NCBI RefSeq assembly: GCF_900232105.1
Contig: NZ_LT934425.1
Location: 2,220,001-2,252,000, forward strand
DNA length: 32,000 nucleotides
Source of the DNA: Candidatus Kuenenia stuttgartensis
GTDB taxonomy: Bacteria; Planctomycetota; Brocadiia; Brocadiales; Brocadiaceae
Direction: 5' to 3'
Shown here: positions 16,356 to 24,246 of the stretch, in pieces
Layout of the letters: every line of letters begins with the position of its first letter
Numbering within the stretch: position 1 is the first letter of the stretch
Position numbers and translations under genes: made by a program
Notes under the pieces: generated by a model
Seen by the model: the letters and a program-made list of their open reading frames with translations, nothing else
The model's database searches: none
What the model was told of the DNA's origin: nothing

Positions 16356-19300
16356 TTACTTTATGACTAACCACGTTACTAACTCAAAATTATCCAAATC
16401 ATGCACCTGTTTCGACTGTGGTATCAATAATGCACCACGGTCAGTGGTGAGTTTTTGATTGCTGCGTTTTCTGAATACATGACTTATTTCATATACGGCT
16501 TTTTTTAGCAATTCAGTATACTTACCCATCTCCTCGCCATTCCTGGTTTCTGTATTGAATAATTCACAAAGCTTCTCATAAGGCGCTTTGCGCCCCTGAC
16601 ACATCAGGCGGTAGATTTCCAGTATCTGTTTGGCGTTGGTGTAATTGAAACGAACCGTTCCGTCTTCGCGAATGTATGCCAGAAAGTAAGGTTGCAATGG
16701 GTTTACTTCTTCGTTGCCGCCGGTGTCGCCTTTTTGCTTCAGGCAATATACCACACCCGGTTTGATAATATTCTTTTCGGCTGGAGTAAAGCGGCTTGCA
16801 TCTGTATTTTGCGCATGAATGCCAGATGGTGAAGGCACGACGGCATATAAACCAAAGGGCGCATCTTCCAGCTTCTTACTATTATTTTCCAAAAATGTGT
16901 GCAATTCGATGCGGAAATCATCCAGGGTAAAATCGGTTAACGAAATGCTTTCGCTCATTTCTTCGAGGTCGAGCACTTCTTTTTGCAGTTTTTTCAGTTG
17001 CCGGTTACGGTACTTCAAATCATCTGTGATAAGCTCTTCTATTTGTTCGGTATTCAGTATGTTGTCTTCGCCGGTGGCGGTAACGTCAACCAATGCCATC
17101 CGGGACTCCACGCGTTCTTTCAGGTTGATGTAATTATCAAGGTCTTTGGTAGGCCAGAAGTTTATCAGTTGGATTTTCTTATTCCTGCTTCCCAGCCGGT
17201 CAATACGGCCAAAACGCTGAATGATGCGAACGGGATTCCAGTGAATATCGTAGTTAACCAAAAAATCACAATCCTGTAGGTTCTGCCCTTCGCTGATGCA
17301 GTCAGTGGCGATCAGTATATCTATCTCCACTTCCTGCGGCATGGATTTCATTAATTCCCTGTTTTTAGAAACGGGTGAGAAGTTGGCGAGGATGTTTGAA
17401 AAATCATTTTTGCCGAATGTGGTTTGGTTGGTATTCCCCGCTACCAATGCAATGTTCAATTTCAAATCTTTTTTCACCCATTCTTTCAGACAATTATATA
17501 GGTATTGAGCGGTATCGGCAAAGGCGGTAAAAACGATTACCTTCCTGTTGTTGCTGTTCAGTGGTTGATTAATTTTTTGTTCGATTAGTTTTTGAAGGTC
17601 TTTCAGTTTTGCGTCACGTTCCGGGGTCACCGCAACTGCCGTATTATACAACTCATTGAGGGCTTCTTTGTCTTTTGTTAAATCGTTCAACCAATCTTCC
17701 AGACGTAAATCAGCTAAATCAAATTTCAATTTTTTCCCTACCTGCCATTGTTCAAGGTCGTCGGTATTTTCTTCTAATTCGTCTTCATCCGGTTCCAATG
17801 TTTCCAAAACCTCTTCCTGCGATTTAGCGTTTGATTTAAGGAATTCATTGATTCTGCTTTCAAGTTTTTCGATTTTCTGAATTGTTCTGTCCATTGAAAT
17901 CTCAAATGATTCAATACAGCTTTCCAGGCGTTTCAGGAAGTTTACCTTCATCATTCCGATAAGGAAGTGCTCACGGTCGCTTTGTTTGAAGGCAAGGATT
18001 TCCGTTCCGGCTAACGCTTCATATTTCTGCTTCTTTTCATCCTTCACATAGGCAGAAGGATTAAATACCGAAAGCTTGTATTGCAGGATTTTTTTGTTCA
18101 GCGCATCGTAGGTAAAAAAGCGGTCTTTTATATCAATATTCGGGTAGAGGGAATGAGGCTTTAACCGTTCTGGGAATTGCCCTATGGCGTCAATATTGTA
18201 AAAACCCTTTATGTGCTTTCTGCTCCGGGCAATAGTGAGTTCGTCCAGCAATTTGAAGAAGGATGAATCAAGGCGTTCCATTAATTGCTTAACTGTTCTG
18301 TCGGGATTCTTTTTATGGTCAGCCCAAAATGTAAACTGTGTCTGGGCATTCCTGAGTGTAAGGGCAATATCCTTGATTTGTGTACTCTCAAAGAGGGCAT
18401 CATTTTCGCCTTCCGTAATGAGTGAGATTTGATTTCTTAAATCGCGAAGGTTATTGTTGACCGGCGTAGCAGAAAGCATGAGTACCTTTGTTTTCAATCC
18501 CGACTTGATGATTTTTTCCATCAGCCATTTGGCACGGTTCATTTTGATGGCGCCGTCATCTTTGGCCTTTTCCATCGGATTGCCCCGAAAATTATGTGAC
18601 TCATCGATAACTACAAGGTCATAGGCGCCCCAATTGAAGTTTTCAAGGTCTATGCCGTTTGCATCGGATTTACCGGTTATTCTGCCGAGGTCGGTATGGT
18701 ACAGAATGGTATAGTTAAACCGGTCTTTGGTAAACGGATTAAGTGCGTTGTTTTGGCTCGCCTGGTAAATCGTCCAGTTAGCCGAGAGTTTTTTTGGGCA
18801 GAGCACAAGAACGCGGTAATTCAATAATTCGAAATAACGGATTACCGCCAACGCCTCAAAAGTCTTGCCCAAACCGACGCTATCCGCGATGATGCAGCCG
18901 TTGTGTTTCAGGATTTTATTGATGGCCCCTTTTACGCCGTCTTTCTGAAAGTCGTACAGCTTATGCCATATTTCGCTTTCAAAAAATCCGGTGCGTTCAT
19001 TCAGCAAACCGCCGCGTTTTTGTTCGTCAATATAGTTCCCAAAGAGGTGGAACAGGGTTTTGAAGTAAATAAACTCCGGTTCATTTTCAATATAAAATTG
19101 TTCAAGGTCTTTAAGCACTTCGGCTTTAACATCTTCGACGAGTCCTGTTGTGTCGTTCCACAACTCATTAAACCAGTTTGTCAGGTCATCCAAATCCCTT
19201 CTGTCCTGGATAACCATATTCAATTCGATGTTCGGGCTTCCGCCCATTCCGAGTCCATGAACAGTGAAATTGGAACTCCCCATGACCGCTTCTTTAACCC

Positions 19301-19694
19301 CGTTTGGATTTTCCATCAAATAAAGCTTGCCGTGCAGGAAGTTTGGTTTCACCATGGATTTGACGTGAACCTTTTCTTTAATCCAATCCGAGCATTCTTT
19401 GGAAAGGGATTTTTGTTTTAAGAGGCTTTCAATTGGGATTACCAGTGAATCGTCCTCGATTTTGAAGTCGCGCCTGTTGGTTTTTGCCGGGTCCAGTGAT
19501 TTGATAAAGGATGGCTCACCAAAGAGGAACCTTAGGTGATCTGTTCGGTCGAGTTGGTTTTTTAATTGTTTGTATGCGTAAATGGTGAAGTATGCCGAGA
19601 CTATTGATAAACCGGCGCCTTGCTTTACATTATCAATAAGGAATTGGCCGACTGTTCCATTTTTATGATTGTCACGGATTGAAGTATTGTTCAT
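16356..19694 (-). CDS. PLD-nuclease-domain / SNF2-family helicase fusion protein
   Basis: N-terminus: FLHGKLYLM (19314-19340) plus GSSNFT form an HxK PLD motif. Middle: DSVGLGKT (Walker A), VVIDESHNFRG (DExH). C-terminus: QRFGRIDRLG (helicase motif VI). The track ORF starts at a TTG (19733), so the ATG at 19694 (MNNTSIRD...) is preferred. Confidence 0.85.
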   Translation of the reverse strand: MNNTSIRDNHKNGTVGQFLIDNVKQGAGLSIVSAYFTIYAYKQLKNQLDRTDHLRFLFGEPSFIKSLDPAKTNRRDFKIEDDSLVIPIESLLKQKSLSKECSDWIKEKVHVKSMVKPNFLHGKLYLMENPNGVKEAVMGSSNFTVHGLGMGGSPNIELNMVIQDRRDLDDLTNWFNELWNDTTGLVEDVKAEVLKDLEQFYIENEPEFIYFKTLFHLFGNYIDEQKRGGLLNERTGFFESEIWHKLYDFQKDGVKGAINKILKHNGCIIADSVGLGKTFEALAVIRYFELLNYRVLVLCPKKLSANWTIYQASQNNALNPFTKDRFNYTILYHTDLGRITGKSDANGIDLENFNWGAYDLVVIDESHNFRGNPMEKAKDDGAIKMNRAKWLMEKIIKSGLKTKVLMLSATPVNNNLRDLRNQISLITEGENDALFESTQIKDIALTLRNAQTQFTFWADHKKNPDRTVKQLMERLDSSFFKLLDELTIARSRKHIKGFYNIDAIGQFPERLKPHSLYPNIDIKDRFFTYDALNKKILQYKLSVFNPSAYVKDEKKQKYEALAGTEILAFKQSDREHFLIGMMKVNFLKRLESCIESFEISMDRTIQKIEKLESRINEFLKSNAKSQEEVLETLEPDEDELEENTDDLEQWQVGKKLKFDLADLRLEDWLNDLTKDKEALNELYNTAVAVTPERDAKLKDLQKLIEQKINQPLNSNNRKVIVFTAFADTAQYLYNCLKEWVKKDLKLNIALVAGNTNQTTFGKNDFSNILANFSPVSKNRELMKSMPQEVEIDILIATDCISEGQNLQDCDFLVNYDIHWNPVRIIQRFGRIDRLGSRNKKIQLINFWPTKDLDNYINLKERVESRMALVDVTATGEDNILNTEQIEELITDDLKYRNRQLKKLQKEVLDLEEMSESISLTDFTLDDFRIELHTFLENNSKKLEDAPFGLYAVVPSPSGIHAQNTDASRFTPAEKNIIKPGVVYCLKQKGDTGGNEEVNPLQPYFLAYIREDGTVRFNYTNAKQILEIYRLMCQGRKAPYEKLCELFNTETRNGEEMGKYTELLKKAVYEISHVFRKRSNQKLTTDRGALLIPQSKQVHDLDNFELVTWLVIK

Positions 19695-19728
19695 AGGTTC
19701 ATGTATTATCTTCTTTCCTGGAAAAATG

Positions 19729-19810
19729 TTCAATATTCAATTCTCAATATTCAATTCTCAAATTGTTGCTCATTTGCCTCTATTCTTTTACATTGAATAT
19801 TGAATATTAA
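19729..19810. repeat. Low-complexity tandem/inverted repeat (tcaatattcaattc x2 ... attgaatattgaatatt) over the 5' end of the helicase gene
   Basis: ttcaatattcaattctcaatattcaattctcaaattg (19729-19765) and cattgaatattgaatattaa (19791-19810) are mutually inverted. Confidence 0.8.
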
Positions 19811-19825
19811 TTTTCAGTAACAGTT

Positions 19826-19888
19826 CACCCACCCCTTAATCCCCTCCCAAGAGGGGACTTCTTGTATTCCCCTCTTGAGAGGGGTGTG
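19826..19888. repeat. G/C-run palindromic repeat family E, copy 2
   Basis: cacccaccccttaatcccctcccaagaggggacttcttgtattcccctcttgagaggggtgtg has two tandem hairpins of the cccctc..gagggg type. Confidence 0.75.
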
Positions 19889-19982
19889 CACTTTTCAAAT
19901 ACTGGGACAATCCATAAGGGGAGCATTCCCGATTTTTTGTAAGTTTTCGTAACTATTCAGCGCAAGCATCACACGATTCCAG

Positions 19983-20154
19983 GCGGGTTCAGGTTTGCAA
20001 CCTGAACCTATGAGTTTATGCGTATAATGGGGTCATGTACTTACTGCGGTAAAAACCCTGTTTGGCATATGGGATTTATTTGTCATTTTTCTGCTAATAG
20101 AAGGCAGGATTGGAAGCATAAAACGTTTGGTTCAGGTTACAAACCTGAACCCGC
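19983..20154. repeat. Hairpin family D pair in inverted orientation bracketing about 120 bp
   Basis: gcgggttcaggtttgcaacctgaacc (19983-20008) and ggttcaggttacaaacctgaacccgc (20129-20154). A half copy lies at 5949-5967. Confidence 0.8.
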
Positions 20155-20161
20155 ACAGGTG

Positions 20162-20190
20162 TTTTTTCAAAAATCTAAAGTGTTACGAAA
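20162..20190 (+). repeat. Dispersed repeat family C, copy 7
   Basis: tttttcaaaaatctaaagtgttacgaaa differs at 1 of 28 positions from copy C1 (3358-3385), in the same orientation. Confidence 0.85.
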
Positions 20191-20828
20191 ATTTCAACCC
20201 TGACGTTGCTGTCAGGTGGAAACTCCTGGCAGCACGAGAAAAATATTGGTTCATACCACACTTTTGGCTCAAATCCTTTATCGTTTAATATCACCGCAGC
20301 CTCTCCGCTTTCACCGATAACGAACAATCCGTTTCTGTATGCATATTTATCAGAATCCTCCTCCATTACTATCCCGCCTACTGCGCCAACTACCTTCCTT
20401 CCGATATATTCCGGGAAAAAGGTCTTGAATTTCCCGAGTCTCTCTATATGTTCTTTTACATCCTCTATCTTTAACGTGCTTTTCGCCTCTATCAACACGG
20501 CATATTCACCATTTATCGCAAGGATATCCACTTCCATTTCGTCACCATTTCTGTGTGTCTTTACCCTCTGGAATACCTTGTCTACTTCTATTCCCCGTTC
20601 TTTAAACAGCCTTTCGGTTGCAGGCGCTATGAGTCCCTCTACAAACCTGCTCCATTTTCCAGTGAGTGCATACACTGCCTTGTTGGTATTTTCTGATGTT
20701 TTGCGGGTTTCTTCAACCGACTTGCTCAATTTGTCAATTTCCTTGTCTGTATCCTTAAACCGCCCATCAGTCTCTTTAAACAACTTCCATATTTCCTGAA
20801 TACTTTTTTCCATTTCCTGAGTAGTCAT
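20175..20828 (-). CDS. DUF3782-like protein with a PD-(D/E)XK-type core (coiled-coil N-terminus)
   Basis: MTTQEMEKSIQEIWKLFKETD...; EVDILAINGEYAVLIEAKSTL gives a D...E.K nuclease-like motif. ATG at 20828 follows GGAG. The last ~15 codons run into repeat C7 and the adjacent hairpin. Confidence 0.55.
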   Translation of the reverse strand: MTTQEMEKSIQEIWKLFKETDGRFKDTDKEIDKLSKSVEETRKTSENTNKAVYALTGKWSRFVEGLIAPATERLFKERGIEVDKVFQRVKTHRNGDEMEVDILAINGEYAVLIEAKSTLKIEDVKEHIERLGKFKTFFPEYIGRKVVGAVGGIVMEEDSDKYAYRNGLFVIGESGEAAVILNDKGFEPKVWYEPIFFSCCQEFPPDSNVRVEIFVTL

Positions 20829-20884
20829 TTTTCCGATCTCCTCATAGGACTTGCTGATAACGATTCGCAATATTATACATTCAA

Positions 20885-21556
20885 TTATTTCATAACCAGG
20901 TGTTCCAGCACCATTTTTCTGGGATGGTTTTCTGCGCCGGTGCGCCAGTCTTTTGGAGGGACAATGTTTTCCATTGTTGACAATAATTGCTGTGCATCAA
21001 GCCGGTCATATATCTGATTCCAAACGCATGGTGTTTCTTCCGAAACCTCGCAATTCCCATTTTGTGAGCCGCCGCACGGCCCGTTTAGCAGACTCTTTGC
21101 ACACCGGCTTACCGGGCAAAGCCCGCCGGTGGTACTAATAATACAATCACCACAGCCGGCGCAGCGTTCCCAGAAAACTCCCTGCTCCGTAGGCGCCCCC
21201 ATGAATGTTGTATTTAACCCGGGAAATACCCTTGCGTTTGGAAACCGTTCCGCCATATATTGCACGCCTATACCGCATGCAATGGATAAAACGGCATCGC
21301 AATCCTCAACCACATTTTTTGTTTCTTCTATAAATTCCCATTCACACTGCCGAAGTACCGAACCCTCTACCACCTCAACGGGTTTCCCTTTTAACTTTGA
21401 GGCAAGCCGGATCTTTGCGGCAAGTTCCGTTACCTGTTTTTCGCCGCCGGTGTGGCAGATGGTAACGCATGAACCACATCCGACAACGTATACCTTTTTA
21501 CATCCCGAAAGCATTTGTTCTATTTCGTTAAACGGTTTTGCATCAGCGACAATCAT
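20885..21556 (-). CDS. Methylenetetrahydrofolate reductase C-terminal-domain (MetV-like) Cys-rich protein
   Basis: 223 aa. VVGCGSCVTICHTGG...CAGCGDCIISTTGGLCPVSRCAKSLLNGPCGGSQNGNCEV matches the MTHFR_C pattern. Confidence 0.7.
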   Translation of the reverse strand: MIVADAKPFNEIEQMLSGCKKVYVVGCGSCVTICHTGGEKQVTELAAKIRLASKLKGKPVEVVEGSVLRQCEWEFIEETKNVVEDCDAVLSIACGIGVQYMAERFPNARVFPGLNTTFMGAPTEQGVFWERCAGCGDCIISTTGGLCPVSRCAKSLLNGPCGGSQNGNCEVSEETPCVWNQIYDRLDAQQLLSTMENIVPPKDWRTGAENHPRKMVLEHLVMK

Positions 21557-21593
21557 TTTTATACACCTTTATGTAAAGAAGTTTTTTTTCAGT

Positions 21594-23696
21594 TTACACA
21601 CTTTTTACTAAGTTGATTTGTTCAACATCTTTTACCATTTGGACGGCAATATCCACAAACGCATTGTCTGTCTGCGATGAAACTAAATGTGTCTGAAATA
21701 TCCTTGCGTCCATCCCTATTTCGCTTAAAAATCCTGACACATATTCCGAGCGTTTTTTTATCCATTCGTATTCTGCGCAGAAATGGCATTCGTCTTCTTT
21801 GCATGCCGTTATTAAGACGCCGTCGGCGCCCCATTCAAGCGCATTGAGATATAAGGAGGGTTCCACCTTTCCAAGCCCCAATACGCCAATGCGTTTCACG
21901 TGTTTTTCTATGACAGCATTGCTCTTGCCCTCAACACTGCCGACGACTGGCGAACCGTATTGGCAGTAGAAATTGATGATTAATGGTCTTGTCTTTTGAA
22001 CCGAGACGTCCTGAAAAAGGGCCTTCAATCTCTCTCTGCCGCTATCTTCCAGCGGCGTTTTAAAGCGTATGGCCTTTGCGGGACACTCCACAATACACAA
22101 ACCGCATGACTGGCAATCTCCGCCGATGTAAGCCGTTATTTCACCGTTTCTGAATTCCGGCACATCAAAAGGACACACCCTTACGCAGGTAATGCAGCCA
22201 ACACATAAATGCTCATCCACATACGCACCGGCCCCGCAATTCATACACCGTTGGGCCTCCCTGACGGCAACTTCGGGAGAAAATCCCAATTCCACCTCAT
22301 CAAAGGAATTTAATCTCTTTGCGAGCGACAGCATGGGCATATCCTGCTTCTGTTCTTTTTTAACGAGAGGAACTCTTGCGTCCGCCAGTTTGGGCACCTC
22401 CGGTTTATCTGCCCATTTTTCATCGCTTCGTTTTTCGTTTCTCAGCGCATTATGAATGGAGATTGCCGCTTTTTTCCCTTGAGCAAGGCCTTCGGTGAGG
22501 GTGCCTCTTCCGAGTACAATGTCTCCTCCGGCATAAATACCCGGCATCGAAGTCTCAAAGGTATTTGGGTCAACAACGATTGTCGCCCCTCGTGAAACCT
22601 CAATCTCTTCCTGGTTTTTCAGGAAAGAGAGGTTGGACGTCTGGCCTATTGCCAGGATAATGGTATCGGCTTCTATGACAGATTCCGAACCCTCGTAAAA
22701 AGCAGGATGAAAACGTTTTTGTTCATCAAAAACATATTTTACCCTGAGTGTTTCAAGTCCTGTCGCCCTTCCGTGTTCTCCCAGAATGCGTTTTGGCCCC
22801 ACGGAATTGTACAATATAACGCCTTCGTGAACGGCTTCCTCAATCTCAAAATCGGTGGTAGGCATTTCATTGCGTGATTCAAGGCATGCGACCGACACCT
22901 TTTCCGTTTTAAGCCTCAAGGCGGTTCTGGCGCAATCCATCGCAACGGCTCCGCCGCCGATAACCAGCACGTTTTTCCCAATTTCAACGGTTCCTGTAGC
23001 ATTGACCTCGCGCAGGAAAGATATGCCTTTCAACACACCGTCATACTCCGCCCCCTCTATTGGTAAATTGCGGCTGTCAAATAGTCCAACGCCTATAAAA
23101 ATAGCGGCATATCCTTCTTTTTTCAGGCTGTCAAAGGTAACATCCTTCCCTAAAGTGGTGTTGTATTTTATTTCGACCCCCAGTTGCCGTATGAATTCAA
23201 CATCCTGGTCAATGGCATTCCTTGGCAGACGATATGTGGGGACGCCCATGCGCAGCATGCCTCCCGGATGCGGGTTTGATTCAAATATCGTGCAGGAGTA
23301 TCCCATAAGCGCCAGGTCATTTGCCGCGGCAAGCCCTGCCGGTCCCGCTCCAATTATTGCGATCCTTTCGGGATATGTTTGCTCCGGCCTGGTGTAAATA
23401 TTTTCGGAATAATTATCGCTGAGGAAGCGCTTGAGCCATGCGATTGCTACCGGTTTGTCCGTGCTGTTCCTTCTGCACTTTGTTTCACAGGGATGGGTAC
23501 ATATGCGTCCGCATGATGCGGGAAGCGTATTTCTCTCCCTGACAAGCCGGTACGCTTCCTTAAAAAGGCCCCGGGCGATAAGCTGTACATAATCACGCGC
23601 ATCCTGCCGGATAGGGCATGCCATAACGCACGGAGCTTCTTCCCCGGTGCATATATTCTGTTTTGTCTGTATGTTATTCATTGTCATTGCAAACAT
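21594..23696 (-). CDS. FAD/NAD(P)-dependent oxidoreductase: GltD-like N-terminus, 2x[4Fe-4S] ferredoxin, MvhD/FlpD-like C-terminus
   Basis: 700 aa. CPIRQDARDYV...CGRICTHPCETKCRR (GltD Fe-S domain). IAIIGAGPAGLAAA and a second Rossmann VLVIGGGAVAMDCA. CVGCITCVRVCP and CQSCGLCIVECP. C-terminal INFYCQYG...GADGVLITACKEDECHF (MvhD). Confidence 0.75.
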   Translation of the reverse strand: MFAMTMNNIQTKQNICTGEEAPCVMACPIRQDARDYVQLIARGLFKEAYRLVRERNTLPASCGRICTHPCETKCRRNSTDKPVAIAWLKRFLSDNYSENIYTRPEQTYPERIAIIGAGPAGLAAANDLALMGYSCTIFESNPHPGGMLRMGVPTYRLPRNAIDQDVEFIRQLGVEIKYNTTLGKDVTFDSLKKEGYAAIFIGVGLFDSRNLPIEGAEYDGVLKGISFLREVNATGTVEIGKNVLVIGGGAVAMDCARTALRLKTEKVSVACLESRNEMPTTDFEIEEAVHEGVILYNSVGPKRILGEHGRATGLETLRVKYVFDEQKRFHPAFYEGSESVIEADTIILAIGQTSNLSFLKNQEEIEVSRGATIVVDPNTFETSMPGIYAGGDIVLGRGTLTEGLAQGKKAAISIHNALRNEKRSDEKWADKPEVPKLADARVPLVKKEQKQDMPMLSLAKRLNSFDEVELGFSPEVAVREAQRCMNCGAGAYVDEHLCVGCITCVRVCPFDVPEFRNGEITAYIGGDCQSCGLCIVECPAKAIRFKTPLEDSGRERLKALFQDVSVQKTRPLIINFYCQYGSPVVGSVEGKSNAVIEKHVKRIGVLGLGKVEPSLYLNALEWGADGVLITACKEDECHFCAEYEWIKKRSEYVSGFLSEIGMDARIFQTHLVSSQTDNAFVDIAVQMVKDVEQINLVKSV

Positions 23697-24110
23697 TTAT
23701 TCTCCCATTATTTTAATAACCAGTCTTTTGTTACGTTGTCCGTCAAACTCTGCGTAAAATATTTGCTGCCAGGGTCCCATATCCAATGTTCCTTTTGTTA
23801 CAGGCACTATCACCTGATGGCCGACAAGGAGGTTCTTCAGATGTGCGTCTCCATTGGATTCTCCGGTTCTGTGGTGGAAATAATCAGGCCCTTCAGGCGC
23901 CAGTTTTTGCAGCCATTCTTCAATATCCCGATGCAGCCCTGATTCTGCATCGTTTATAAAAACTCCCGCAGTAATATGCATGGCGGAAACCAGCGCCATG
24001 CCTTCCTTTATACCGCTGCCGATGAGTATCCTTTCTACCTCTTTCGTAATATTAATCAATTCCCGGTGTTTCTTCGTATTAAAAGTAAGGTATTCCGTTG
24101 AAAATTTCAT
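23697..24110 (-). CDS. yjbQ: YjbQ/UPF0047 family protein (secondary thiamine-phosphate synthase-like)
   Basis: [25 protein letters not shown]...[15 protein letters not shown]...[41 protein letters not shown] at 24110 is preferred over the track's TTG at 24131. Confidence 0.8.
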   Translation of the reverse strand: MKFSTEYLTFNTKKHRELINITKEVERILIGSGIKEGMALVSAMHITAGVFINDAESGLHRDIEEWLQKLAPEGPDYFHHRTGESNGDAHLKNLLVGHQVIVPVTKGTLDMGPWQQIFYAEFDGQRNKRLVIKIMGE

Positions 24111-24187
24111 TTTTACCCCGTTTATGCTCAAAATTGTTGTAAAGATGCATTTGTTTAAAATTTCAAATCATTTTGTCATTAGAATTT

Positions 24188-24222
24188 GTTTCGGATTTCG
24201 TGTTTCGGATTTCGGATTTCAC
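24188..24222. repeat. Octamer tandem repeat (tttcggat-type) between nadB and yjbQ
   Basis: gtttcggatttcgtgtttcggatttcggatttcac. Confidence 0.8.
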
Positions 24223-24246
24223 AATTAACAGGGGGGCAAAATGTTG

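Noticed and set aside
16739-19421. Seven ORFs inside the helicase gene: six plus-strand (16819-17133, 16983-17279, 17296-17508, 17656-17880, 18211-18432, 18903-19421) and one minus-strand off-frame (16739-16921)
   Set aside because: These are shadow ORFs within the SNF2/PLD gene, which has an uninterrupted 1125-codon frame with all helicase motifs.
20018-20799. ORFs 20018-20203 (+) and 20206-20799 (+)
   Set aside because: The first is composed of repeat D/C sequence. The second is a Ser/Pro/Thr-rich antisense shadow of the DUF3782-like gene.
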